A stretch of 63,501 nucleotides of DNA, the filler included, from Thraustochytrium aureum (taxonomy: Eukaryota): assembly GCA_012862495.1 (NCBI GenBank). It is 5 parts of 3 records of this genome, joined end to end, with 100 filler letters (N's around TTAATTAATTAA, not from the genome) between each part and the next. Parts side by side here need not be neighbours in the genome. Positions count along the whole stretch, not along the records: positions 44,234 to 61,229 come from BLSG01000103.1; 4 more parts are not named here. One strand, 5' to 3'. Shown piece by piece: positions 46,593 through 57,134 of the stretch (positions within the stretch are counted from its first letter, which is position 1; each line of letters begins with the position of its first letter). The position numbers were made by a program, and so were the translations under genes. The notes beneath the pieces are model-generated. The model did not search any database. It was not told the origin of the DNA and was given only the letters and a program-made list of their open reading frames with translations.

Positions 46593-47230
46593 NNNNNNNN
46601 NNNNNNNNNNNNNNNNNNNNNNNNNNNNNNNNNNNNNNNNNNNNNNNNNNNNNNNNNNNNNNNNNNNNNNNNNNNNNNNNNNNNNNNNNNNNNNNNNNNN
46701 NNNNNNNNNNNNNNNNNNNNNNNNNNNAAGGAGTGGGAGTGCCGCGGACGACGTGGGATCATCGGTGCCTGTTTTTAACTGGCCCAAGCCACTCTGGCGT
46801 CTCTGTTCCAGTGGACCAACTTGGAACAGGGCTTGCCGGCCTTCGCGCTGCAAGGTTGAGTGTTATAGATTTGGCCATGGACCACCAAGCTCGCTTACGG
46901 CAGGGCTTTCTTGCGGTACCTGCTTTGGCGAGAGTTGGGGGACTCCAGGAGCGACTGGAGCAAGGAATTGCACCTCCACGAATTGGGGGGATACATGTGA
47001 CATTGACTTGGGGTTTCTGCGTGCGCCTGAGGCCCAAAGCAGCGAATGCTTTTGGCGACGGGTCCCACATACCGCACGCTCGACAATGCAAAAACAATAA
47101 TAAAACGGCGTACTCGCGTACTCTTCGCGCCAATGCTGTTTGGCTTGGACGTTGCGCTACCTGTCCGCAGGGCATGCCGTTGCCGCGATGTCCTGGCCCG
47201 ATCCGCTAACCGCGACGTGGGCGCAGCGCG

Positions 47231-50200
47231 CTACAGTTCGTCCAACAAACAGTTGGCCATCTGGATAACCTGGGCCTCATCTGAGTGCAGCTCTTTCGCG
47301 TGCCGCGCTGCGGCGGCTGCGCCGTTGGCATGCATCGCCGGCTTGTTCTCCGCGGCTTCAGACAGGTTTGCCAGCGCCGCGCACGCGTACTGTTGGACCT
47401 TCGCGTTGGCCTCATGGTCGCGCATGGCGCAAAGGATTGCTTCGGCCGCGCCCATGCGCATCAGCGCAACCTTGTTGTCAACGCTATGACAGGTTAGATT
47501 TGCCAGCGCGGCGCACGCGCTCTCTTGGACCGTGGCATTGGAGCTGTGGTCACGCATGGCTCCCAGAATTGCGTCCGCCGCGCCCTTGCGCACCAGCGCG
47601 ACCTCGTTGTCGGCATTCGAAACAAGCAGACTCCACAGTGCCCCGCATGCTTTCTCTTGGACCCACGCGTCCGTCCGGTGGTTGCTCATGGCCCGCAGAA
47701 CGGGGTCTGCCGCGCCGATTTGCATCAGCGAGACCCTGTTGTCCACGTTGACTGCCAAGTTCCACAGCGCCGCGCACGCAGCCACTTGAATGGTCGCGTT
47801 CGCTTCGTGGTCGCGCATGGACTGCAGTATCGCATCCGCAGCGCCGATGCGAACGAGCGGGACAAGGTCGTCTTCGTTCGCCGCGAGATTGCACAGTGCC
47901 CCGCACGCTTTGACTTGGACCGCGGCGTCCGTCCCGTGGTAGCCCATGCCTCGCACGATGGCTTCTGCCGCGCCCAAGCTGAGCAGCGCGCCGTTCTCGT
48001 TCCCCGCCAGGCAGCCTAGCGCCGCGCACGCGCTTGCTTGGATCTCCGCGCTTGCTTGGTGTTCGCGCATGGTCTGTACGATTGCCTCTGCCGCACCCAT
48101 GCGCACGAGCGAGCTCTTATTGTCAGGACTGTTGGCCGCCAGGTTGCCCAGGGCCATGCACGCTTGCGATTGTACGCCCTCGACGGCCTTGTACTCGCCC
48201 ATTGCCCACAAGATCGCGTCTGGTGCGCCAATGTGCATCAGGGCGGTCCTGGTGTGGGCGTCGTCGGCTGCCAGGTTCTTCAGCAACGTGCATGCGCCCT
48301 CTTGGACAGTGGCTGACGCCTTGTGTTCGCCCATTGCGAGCATGACAGTGTCCGCCGCCCCGATGCCCATCAGCTTGGCCCTCTTGTCAGAGTCAACCGC
48401 CAGGTTCGCCAGCGCCGCACACGCTTCTTCTTGGACGCTCGTGTCTGTGCTGTGCTGTCGCATTGCCAACAGGACTGCGTTCACCGCACTTTCAGGCATC
48501 AAGAGGCGCATAGAGTAAAAGTCCACGGCAAGGTTCCCCAGAGCCCCGCATGCGCACTCCTGAACCCTGGCATCGTCGATGTGATCATTCATGGCCTGCA
48601 GGATTGCACTCGCCGCGCCCATGCGCATCAATTTGCGCTTGTTTTTGTCGCTCACCGCGAGATTCCTTAGCGCCCCGCAAGCATTCTCTTGAACCTTTGC
48701 GTCCGCCGCGTGCTCAGCCATGGCGCGTAGTATCGCATCCGCTGCGCCGCAGCTATCGAGTGCGGCGTGGCTGCCTAGGAGCGTTGCGAGGGCCCACAGC
48801 GCCCTGCAGGCTGCCTCTTGGACCCTCGCGTCAGCGCTGTGCTCGCCCATCGTCCGCACGACCGCGTCCGCCGCGCCCTTGCGCATCAGCAAGACCTTGC
48901 TCTCAGCCCTGGCTGCCAGACTGCTCATCGCCGCGCAGGCTTGTTCCTGGACCCTAGCGTCCGCCTTGTGGTCCTCCATGGCCCGAAGGAGGACTTGCGC
49001 CGCGCCACTCTGGAGAAGAGTGACATTTTTGTCTGCGAAAACTGCCAGCCTGTGCAGGGCTGCGCACGCTTGCTCTTGGACCCTCGCATCCGCCACATGG
49101 TTGCGCATTGCCTCCAGGACCAATGTCGCGTCCGTCGCATCACTGAACATCAGCTCGAGCTTGGTGCTGTCGTCGGCCGCCATTCTCGCGAAAATAGCGC
49201 AAGCCCATCTGCAGACGCCAGCATGGTCCGAATGCGTGCGCAACGCACTAAGCGCAGCCCCCCATGCCCGCCGCGTCTGCGAGGCGTGCCCGGAGCTGAA
49301 CCACCCTCCTGCGGAGATCAGGCACGCGAGCGCCTCGAGTCCCAACTGCAGCCTCGCGCTCTCTCCGCTTTGCAAGCTGTCCAAGATGCGCAAGTGCACG
49401 CCGTAGTCGAATGCGCGCTGCCGAAGCTCTTTAGCTTCAGGTGGAATCTCATCGGCTTGAGAGTGGCCGCCACCGCCACCACCATCACCACCACCCTCCA
49501 TGGCCCGCACGAGCACGGCGAGCGTCTCGTCAAACGTTTCTGCGTCTTCGAGGTGCTTCAATACGGCGGCCATGTCGTGGTGGTCAAGCTGTGGCGCGAC
49601 CAGTGTCGTTGGCGGCGCCTCGCGTTCCCCGAGGGGGGCGCGGCTAGGGGCGCGGCGAGGAGCCAACAACTCGCGGTTCGGCCGACCCAGGAGGCACCTG
49701 AGCGCTTTCAAGGGCCCTCGCGCCGGCCTGGCGCCGACCCAGAGGGTCTTGTAGGCCTCGGCCGCGGACGGCCGCTTCCTGTAGTCGGTCTCCCAGGCCG
49801 CCTCAATCAACTCGATCTGCCACTTGCTGATGGAGACCTTGGGGTCGATCGCGGGCCGCGCGCCATTGCGAACCTCTTGCACAAAGCTCGCCGAATCGGA
49901 TTGGCCCTCCCAGGGCCGAGCTCGGTGCAAAACCTCCCAGCACAGGGTCGCGAACGCGTAGATGTCAGCGCGAGCCGTCCACTTTGGCAGGTCGTCGAGC
50001 ACCTCGGGCGCCATGTAGGGCCACGAGCGCTTGGCGTCGCCCGAGGTCTGCACGTCGCTGCTGATCTCGCCTTTGATGGTGGACAGCCCAAAGTCGGCGA
50101 GCTTGGCCTTGCCGAGGTCGGCGCTGAGTAGCACGTTGTGGACTTGATGTCGCGGTGGATGATGTTGTTGTCGTGCAGGTGAACCAGGCCACGGCACACG

Positions 50201-51147
50201 CCGCGGATCAGCACGTCCTTGGCTTCGAGAGAGATCTCGCGTTCTGTGTTGTGCAGCAGGTCGAAGAGCGTCGTGTCGCATCGTCCATGCGAGGGCAGGC
50301 AGTCGTCCATGACGGCTGTGCCAAAGAGACGCACGAGGCTCCCGTGCTGCAGCGCCAGCCAGCGCTCAGTCTCGCGCAGGAGGCTCTCCTGGCCCCTGAG
50401 GGAGGCGACGCGGTTATGTAGTTGCACGCGCTTTATTGCGACGCGCTTGGAGCGGTAAAGGCCGGCGAGCACCCGCCAAACGCGCCGCGCCCGAGGACCT
50501 GGTCGTCGAACACTTTGAGCTTGCTCGCGCTGACCCGCGCGCGCTTGGCAGCTGCCCTCGTGACACTCTCTGCGGCCAGCGCTTCCATCTTGGTGCGGAG
50601 ACTGCTCTTCCCGCCCTTGGACGCCAGTTCGGCCTCGACGCTCTCGTCGTCGCACCCTTCCAAGGCCGCCAGCACGTGGCGGGCATCAGGGGATCTGTGT
50701 CTTCCGAGAGATTTTTCCAGCTTGGCCCGCTCCTCGCGGAGGTCCTCCAAGCGCTCCCGCTCGGCGCGCTCTTGGGCCTGCGCTTCGATGCCGCGCAGCC
50801 GCTTTTCCAGGTCCTCCTGCGTGCCGAACTGGACAAGGCACAGCTTTTGCAAGAGCGCCGCCTCCAAACCTAGTAGCTCCTCTTGCCTTTGGCGCGCGAC
50901 CACGAACAAGCGGACTCGGTCGCCCGCTCCCCAGCTCTGCATGCTCGCGATCACGTCGAGTAGGTCTCGCAGGATGTCCTCGAGGTCGATCATCACGCCG
51001 CGACCCGCGCGCCTTTTCGCGCTGTTGAGTGCCTTGCGCAAGGCGGCGAGGTGTCCACACACCCGCGTCACGCTCCTCCGCAGCGCCTGCGTCCTTGTGC
51101 GCATTCTCCACCACTTGCCCTGCCAACGCGATCGCAACCTCCGCCAT
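47231..51147 (-). CDS. MLKL-NTD-like helical domain + TKL-type protein kinase + about 16 armadillo repeats; at least 3 frameshifts
   Basis: LGRGAFG, VAIK, HRDIKS|HNVLL, LADFG, YMAPE, DIYAF. A roughly 42-aa repeat VQEQACAALxNLA..GAA.AIL.AM..H follows. Helical N-terminus LEDILRDLLDVIASMQSW..RVRLFVVA..EELLGLEAALLQKLCLVQF. Confidence 0.85.
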
Positions 51148-52539
51148 CTTGCCGATCCCCAGAGTTTCCCGTCCGTGCTGCTCTTCCGTCGCTCGCGATC
51201 GCGTCAAGGCAGCCAGATGGATGAGCGTGTTCGAGGTCTGCCAATCGTCTCGGCATCCTCACGTTTGCCTTGCCAGAACATCACATCACGTACACAAGAG
51301 AAGTAATTTGGTTGAGTGGGTACTTCGGTACTTACCGTACTTGTAAGGTGGGCCAGCTCTTGAAGTTCGTCAAGTTGTACTCTCTAGCTAGAGTACAACT
51401 CGTACTCTAAGTAGCTAGGAGTAGATTACTCTGCTGCTTTCTCGCACTCTACTCACCACTCGTACTTGCGTGCGTTGCGCACCACGGTTTCCCGAGTGAA
51501 GCCACGCTGCTGGCTTCTTTTCTGATCCGAGGATCTGGACAGAGATCAGAGGAATGCGGACAACCGCGTCGACGGCATGGCGCAGGACCGCCCCGCGCTG
51601 ATCTGTCGCAAGTAGACCAGTTGCCTCGCTCCGTGATGCGAAATATTACCCATCGATGAGTGATCCCAGCCTCTGGCCGCGAGAAGGCTGGCCCGATCGC
51701 ACGTACACCCAATCGTCGCTCTCGCTCTCGCGGCCCGGAGTCGTCGAGGCAGTAGCGATACCAGCTCGGGCGCTCTCCGCTGCGCGTCTGCGGCGCCCGC
51801 CAGACAGTTCGTGANNNNNNNNNNNNNNNNNNNNNNNNNNNNNNNNNNNNNNNNNNNNNNNNNNNNNNNNNNNNNNNNNNNNNNNNNNNNNNNNNNNNNN
51901 NNNNNNNNNNNNNNNNNNNNNNNNNNNCTGCGAACGTCCATTCCGGGCAGCTCAAACGAGCGAGTCAAACGTTGTTGTTCGCCGCGGACGGCGTACCTGC
52001 CGGATCCCTGAAGGCCTTCTCTGGCCTGGCTGCGTTGTTGCCTGACGACGATGGAAGCAACACGTTGGAAAACCAGCAACGAACGGCAAGGTCGTGGCGC
52101 TCCTCCTTGAGCCCGGCTGCGTGACGAACTGCAGCCTTCAAACTTGCGCAGCCCGCAGGCCACCGCCAGCCAAGCCTTGGATGTCAGCCAGCCCGTTCTC
52201 CAGCGCAGCCCGGCCAGCGTCAAGCTGGGCTGGCAAGACAAGAATCGGCACCAAGCACATTGTCGGAATGGACTCGTCTCCCTTCACAGCAAATCGAGTG
52301 ACTCTTGACGTTGAAGGGAACCAGTCCTCTTCAAGAGAACGGGCTTTGGACTGGCGCGGGTGTCGCGTGAGTCTGTCTACCTTGCAAGTTGTACCTCCCT
52401 CGCTCCATGGCCCAGTGCCTCCTCCGCCTCGCAGCCGGAGCCCCTCTGGCGCGCGGAGAGGGAGAACCTGAACGGGTGCCTCTTTCAGAACCACCTTTAG
52501 CAGAGAGCTCGCGGAGAGAGGCCCAGCGGGTGCCCCAAG

Positions 52540-52830
52540 AAAAACAGCAACAGCAACAGAATAAAAGAGCAACGGCAAGCAACAGCAAGCAACAGCAAGC
52601 AACAAAAAAAGCAACAAAGAAAGAGCAAATTTCAACAAAACAAAAAAAAGCGACAAAAAAAGCGACAAAAAAAAGGCGACAAAAAAAGCGACAAAAAAAG
52701 GCGCCGAGTGAACTTGGAGCAGCACAAGTGCCAGCAGACGCGCAGCTGTCGTGGCACACAGGCAGGCAGCCAGGCAGGCAGGCAGCCAGGCAGGCAGGCA
52801 GGCAGGCGCGCAGGCGCGCAGGCACGCAGG
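52540..52830. repeat. A-rich AAAAAAAGCGAC/CAACAG repeats followed by CAGG microsatellite
   Basis: AAAAAA(G)GCGAC x4 at about 52643-52693; caggcaggcag run at about 52759-52830. Confidence 0.8.
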
Positions 52831-53093
52831 CGCGTAGGAAGGCAGCGAGGGCGTTTGTCTGCTTGGCAGCCTGCGCTTGGCGGCCCCCCGGCTGGACGCT
52901 TGCCGGGGACTTGCAGGAAGGTGCACAAGCTTGCGCCGCTGGTGACACTGCCGCCCGCCCGGCTGGCTGGTGCTGGCTGGCTGGCTGGCTGGCGCTGGCT
53001 GCAAGGCGGAGTGGCTGCGGCAGAGCGCACAGGAACAGGCGCGAGAGACGCGGAGGGCTGCGCTTGCCGCGCTGCGCCGCGAGGACATAATGC

Positions 53094-54392
53094 TTGGCGG
53101 AATCGGCCTCCCCGAGTCGGGCCGGGGCAACAGAGGATGCCTGCCTCGGCGATTTCTTCTCACCGTTCCGAAATGTTTGCTCTGGACACGGGAGCTGCCT
53201 GGCCTCGACAGAGTCGACGTCAGGGTTTGCATGCTCGTGTGACGGGAGCTGGGTTGGGGCCTCGAACTGGGTCAACTTGGACGGCCGCGACTGCCACGTC
53301 AACGTGATCTTGCTGCGGGTCCTCTGGTCAGTGCTGCTGGCCATGCTCGTCGTGTTCCACATCGTGTACTTTGGCACGTACTGGAAGGCGTTCATGCGCT
53401 TCCGAAAGTCGCAGAGCGTCAACCTGAATCGCAAACGACACGTCCGCTCGCTGCGCAAGCACACAACCCTGCTGTGCATGACCATCTTCTTCGTCCTCCA
53501 CGCCCCGCTGCAATTTGCCATGTGCGTTTTGATGATCAAGGACGCTGAGTGGCGCCGCGTTGGAAGCGACGTGGCGGCCACCGTGCTCTGGTTTCTCGTT
53601 CGATCGTCTTTCTACGTCTGCACCGCACTGTACCAGCCGGCGCTGCTGCGGTCCATCATGGACAGGAGCCAGAGTGATCGGCGCCAATTGCTCATGCGCC
53701 CCGCCACGCACACGTGGATCCTGACGTTCTGCCACTTGCTGTTGGGCATGATTGTCGTGGTGCCGCTTGCACGGCCGGGCGATGCCAGAGCGCAGCTCAT
53801 AAGCTGGTGGGCCTTTTGCGGAGGCACCGCGATCGTGTTTTTCGTGATCGGCATGCAAGCGTTCCTGCTAAAGAAGCGCCTCACCGTCCAGCTTGACAAT
53901 GCGTTCAACTACCACAAGAGGGACGAAATCAAGGCAACCAAGGAGCGCATGGAGGTGGTCCAAAACCTCATTCTCAAGCACGGCATTATCCAGGGCGTGA
54001 TCTACTCTGCTTTTGCTGGCGTGCCCTACCTCTGGTCGATGTACGACGTCCTGCTCCCGATCTCGTGGTTTAGCATTTCTGCGACCGCTCGCGTCGTGAT
54101 GCGCACGCTCGAGCTCGAGAACAAGAAAAACCTGCAACGCGAGGGGATTAGCACGATTGTCTCCGAGGCGCGGAAGGAGGCCCACGTCCTCTCTGCAACG
54201 GACTTTGGAACGCACGGCACTGTGTTTGAGATTGGGAGCGTGGGCGACCCGAACCTGCTTGCCACGGGAGGAAGCTTCTTCGCTGGCAACTCTGGTGGAC
54301 TGAAGACGGAGAACTCGTTGGATGGAAGCGTGAGCGTCGCGATCGATTCTGATGAGGAGCTTGAGGGCGAGCAAGACGTGCACAGGGAGTGA
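53094..54392 (+). CDS. Orphan 7-TM membrane protein with N-terminal EGF-like domain
   Basis: CSGHGSC..ACSCDGSWVG..DC, then about 7 hydrophobic segments; exact start unclear. Confidence 0.75.
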   Translation: MAESASPSRAGATEDACLGDFFSPFRNVCSGHGSCLASTESTSGFACSCDGSWVGASNWVNLDGRDCHVNVILLRVLWSVLLAMLVVFHIVYFGTYWKAFMRFRKSQSVNLNRKRHVRSLRKHTTLLCMTIFFVLHAPLQFAMCVLMIKDAEWRRVGSDVAATVLWFLVRSSFYVCTALYQPALLRSIMDRSQSDRRQLLMRPATHTWILTFCHLLLGMIVVVPLARPGDARAQLISWWAFCGGTAIVFFVIGMQAFLLKKRLTVQLDNAFNYHKRDEIKATKERMEVVQNLILKHGIIQGVIYSAFAGVPYLWSMYDVLLPISWFSISATARVVMRTLELENKKNLQREGISTIVSEARKEAHVLSATDFGTHGTVFEIGSVGDPNLLATGGSFFAGNSGGLKTENSLDGSVSVAIDSDEELEGEQDVHRE

Positions 54393-54760
54393 TTGATTCC
54401 TTGGCTGGCCCTGAGTTGTTGTGTTTCCCGTGCGTGCTGCGATTGCCTCGACTGTGTGGCTATCCTTTTGTTTGTGTTGAAGCGTCGCAAGCCACTCTTT
54501 TTTTAAATATTTTTTCTTGATTGTTGAAATTTGTTGTTCGAAAGTCTGATTGCCACGGGTGGGGCCGTCATGGCTACCCCGGCGGCGGCTTGCTGCTGAT
54601 GGCCCAACGCAAGCCGCGTAGCTTGTCCAAACTGAGAACAACTTTCGTTTCCCGTCCCTAAAGCCGTACAACCGTGGGCTTTGAAGGGGCAGTGGCAGAA
54701 AGCGCTCGGCAGTGAGATGGCCTTCAGAGCAGGCTCGAGCTAGAGAGCCAAGGACGGAGC

Positions 54761-55789
54761 TCAGGCCAAGTACAGGTGCTTGAGAACGACGGACTCGTCT
54801 TCTCCGACAGCGACAAGTAGCGGACACGACAATTCGTCCGTGGCCACGTCAATCGAGACGCAACCGAGCCCACCGAACGAGTGCAAGACGAGGTCGTCCG
54901 GGCTGCCTGCAGGCGGGCCGCTCGGCGCAGCAAGGTTCATAAACATCACCAACCCGTCGTCTGCCCCGCTAAGCACAATGTCTGGCCGATCAGGGTGAAA
55001 ACAGAGCGAGGACACTGGGCCTCCATGCGCGACGTGCCGAAACAAGGCGCGACCAACCCGCGCGTCCCACACAGTCAGGCCCCCAGCTGCGTCGCCGCCA
55101 ACAAGTTGGTACGGAACTGAGGCGTGCAATGCTAGGCTCAGCACAGGCTCGTTCGCCCCAACGCCGCCTGCTGGTTTCTCCTGGGCCACCGCCTCGCCGA
55201 CGCGCGTGTCCCAAATCCGGACAGGGTTTGCCGGACTCGCACCCGCGATAGCGACAGCCTGGGGAGACATGAAGCGAACCGCGTGAAGCGCCACGCCGCC
55301 CCAACCCCGCATCGCGGGTTTGGGGCCGGTTTTGGGGCGGCACGACGTTAGGTCTGTGATAGCCACGGAGCCGTCCTCGGCGCACGTGACAGCCTCCTTG
55401 GCGAACAAGTTGACATCCACGCTTGATGCGCTCGCTGCGTGGGCCTGCACTGGGGTGCCAACCACCTCTAGTTTCCCACCTTTCGCCATGCTCATCACGG
55501 CTAGCATCCCGCCGCCAGTGCAGCTCGCAATCATCGGGTTGATCCCGCGTACGTTCAAGCACGCCACATCCGTCACAACCGCCGTTCCAAGGGCCGCCCG
55601 CCTGTCGATCGCTGCTTGAGATATGGACCTCGTGCCATTTTCGCCCCAAATGTGGACTGAGCCATCTGTTGTCCCGCACGCCACGGTGACAGGCACGTCG
55701 GTAGCGGTGTTCCCAGCCACGAGCTTCCCTGTGCTAACGCCAGCCACGGCGTGCTCCCAGACAGCCGCGCCAGCTTGAACCTCGCCCAT
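54761..55789 (-). CDS. WD40 protein, nucleoporin Nup43-like
   Basis: VRIWDTR, LALHASVPYQLVGGDAAGGLTVWDAR, AHGGPVSSLCFHPDRPDIVLSGADDG. Confidence 0.65.
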   Translation of the reverse strand: MGEVQAGAAVWEHAVAGVSTGKLVAGNTATDVPVTVACGTTDGSVHIWGENGTRSISQAAIDRRAALGTAVVTDVACLNVRGINPMIASCTGGGMLAVMSMAKGGKLEVVGTPVQAHAASASSVDVNLFAKEAVTCAEDGSVAITDLTSCRPKTGPKPAMRGWGGVALHAVRFMSPQAVAIAGASPANPVRIWDTRVGEAVAQEKPAGGVGANEPVLSLALHASVPYQLVGGDAAGGLTVWDARVGRALFRHVAHGGPVSSLCFHPDRPDIVLSGADDGLVMFMNLAAPSGPPAGSPDDLVLHSFGGLGCVSIDVATDELSCPLLVAVGEDESVVLKHLYLA

Positions 55790-56215
55790 CCCCGGCGGCG
55801 CGACTGTGCGGCTATCGAGCTTCNNNNNNNNNNNNNNNNNNNNNNNNNNNNNNNNNNNNNNNNNNNNNNNNNNNNNNNNNNNNNNNNNNNNNNNNNNNNN
55901 NNNNNNNNNNNNNNNNNNNNNNNNNNNNNNNNNNNNNNNNNNNNNNNNNNNNNNNNNNNNNNNNNNNNNNNNNNNNNNNNNNNNNNNNNNNNNNNNNNNN
56001 NNNNNNNNNNNNNNNNNNNNNNNNNNNNNNNNNNNNNNNNNNNNNNNNNNNNNNNNNNNNNNNNNNNNNNNNNNNNNNNNNNNNNNNNNNNNNNNNNNNN
56101 NNNNNNNNNNNNNNNNNNNNNNNNNNNNNNNNNNNNNNNNAGACGAGCAACCAACCAACCAGCAGCAACTGGCGATCGAGCTCCTGGTGCTGCTTGACGA
56201 GTCGAGCGCGAGGAA

Positions 56216-56911
56216 ATGGTGCTCAAGCTTTATGGGGTCGAGGCGAGCCAGCCTGTGCGGGCGGTAATGTGGGTGCTGGCGATGAAGGGCGTGCCCTTCG
56301 AACTGGTGCAGACGATGCCCGGGTCGCCCAAAGAGCAGCCGCTTGGCAGCAGGAGCTCGACATACCGCAAGATGGTGCCCAGCGGCACCGTGCCTGCGCT
56401 CGAGGACACGGACGCGGGCGTGACGATCTGGGAGTCGAACGCGATTCTGTGCTACCTTGCCGACAAGTTTGCCATGCGCGACCTGTACCCGAGCGACCCT
56501 GTCAAGCGCGCCTTGGTGCACCAGTGGCTGCACTTTCACCACTCCAACAGCCGCATGTTCACTATTGCACTTTTCGCGCCGCTGCTGCGCCCCGACATCA
56601 AGTTTGCCGAGGACGACCTTGAGGCGAAGCGGCGACAGGTTCGGAGCGTCGCCAAGCTGATGGACGCCCACCTTCAAAAGTCGCCCTTCCTCTGCGGCGA
56701 GAGCCCCACGCTCGCAGACATCGCCACCTACGAGGACATCGGTCAGTGCAAGGAGGAGTTTTGCGGCCTGTTTGATTTCGCCGAGTTCAAGGCGCTCACG
56801 AGGTGGATGGCAGAGCTCGAGACGCTGCCCAAGTTTGCCGAGACCCACCGCGTGCTGCCAAAGCTGCGCAAGATGATCGACAAATTGCGCGCCAAGCAGG
56901 CGAAGCTCTAG
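56216..56911 (+). CDS. Glutathione S-transferase, theta-like
   Basis: LYG..SQPVRAV, GTVPAL.D, IWESNAILCYL, FLCGESPTLAD. Confidence 0.93.
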   Translation: MVLKLYGVEASQPVRAVMWVLAMKGVPFELVQTMPGSPKEQPLGSRSSTYRKMVPSGTVPALEDTDAGVTIWESNAILCYLADKFAMRDLYPSDPVKRALVHQWLHFHHSNSRMFTIALFAPLLRPDIKFAEDDLEAKRRQVRSVAKLMDAHLQKSPFLCGESPTLADIATYEDIGQCKEEFCGLFDFAEFKALTRWMAELETLPKFAETHRVLPKLRKMIDKLRAKQAKL

Positions 56912-57060
56912 TCGATACGGCCCTTATCGCTTTGCTGGTGTTGATGGAAAGCCGACCCTTTTTTAATAAAATTAGACAGAATCTTCCATTCCAACGTGCG
57001 GAGCTGCGGGCGGGCCGCGCGAGCCATGCTCTGGCTTGCAAGCTTGCCCTGCCCTGTTAC

Positions 57061-57126
57061 CAGCAGCTCTGTTGACCGACGGCAGCAGCTCTGTTGACCA
57101 ACAGCAGCAGCTCTGTTGACCGACGG
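57061..57126. repeat. 22-bp tandem repeat x3 (CAGCAGCTCTGTTGACCRACRG)
   Basis: Copies at 57061, 57083 and 57105, between convergent genes. Confidence 0.9.
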
Positions 57127-57134
57127 CCACTTCT

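Noticed and set aside
52138..53581. Long ORFs with FFVAFF/ACLPA repeats
   Set aside because: Translations of microsatellite and A-rich tracts.
57061..57126. CRISPR-like array
   Set aside because: Head-to-tail 22-mers without unique spacers.
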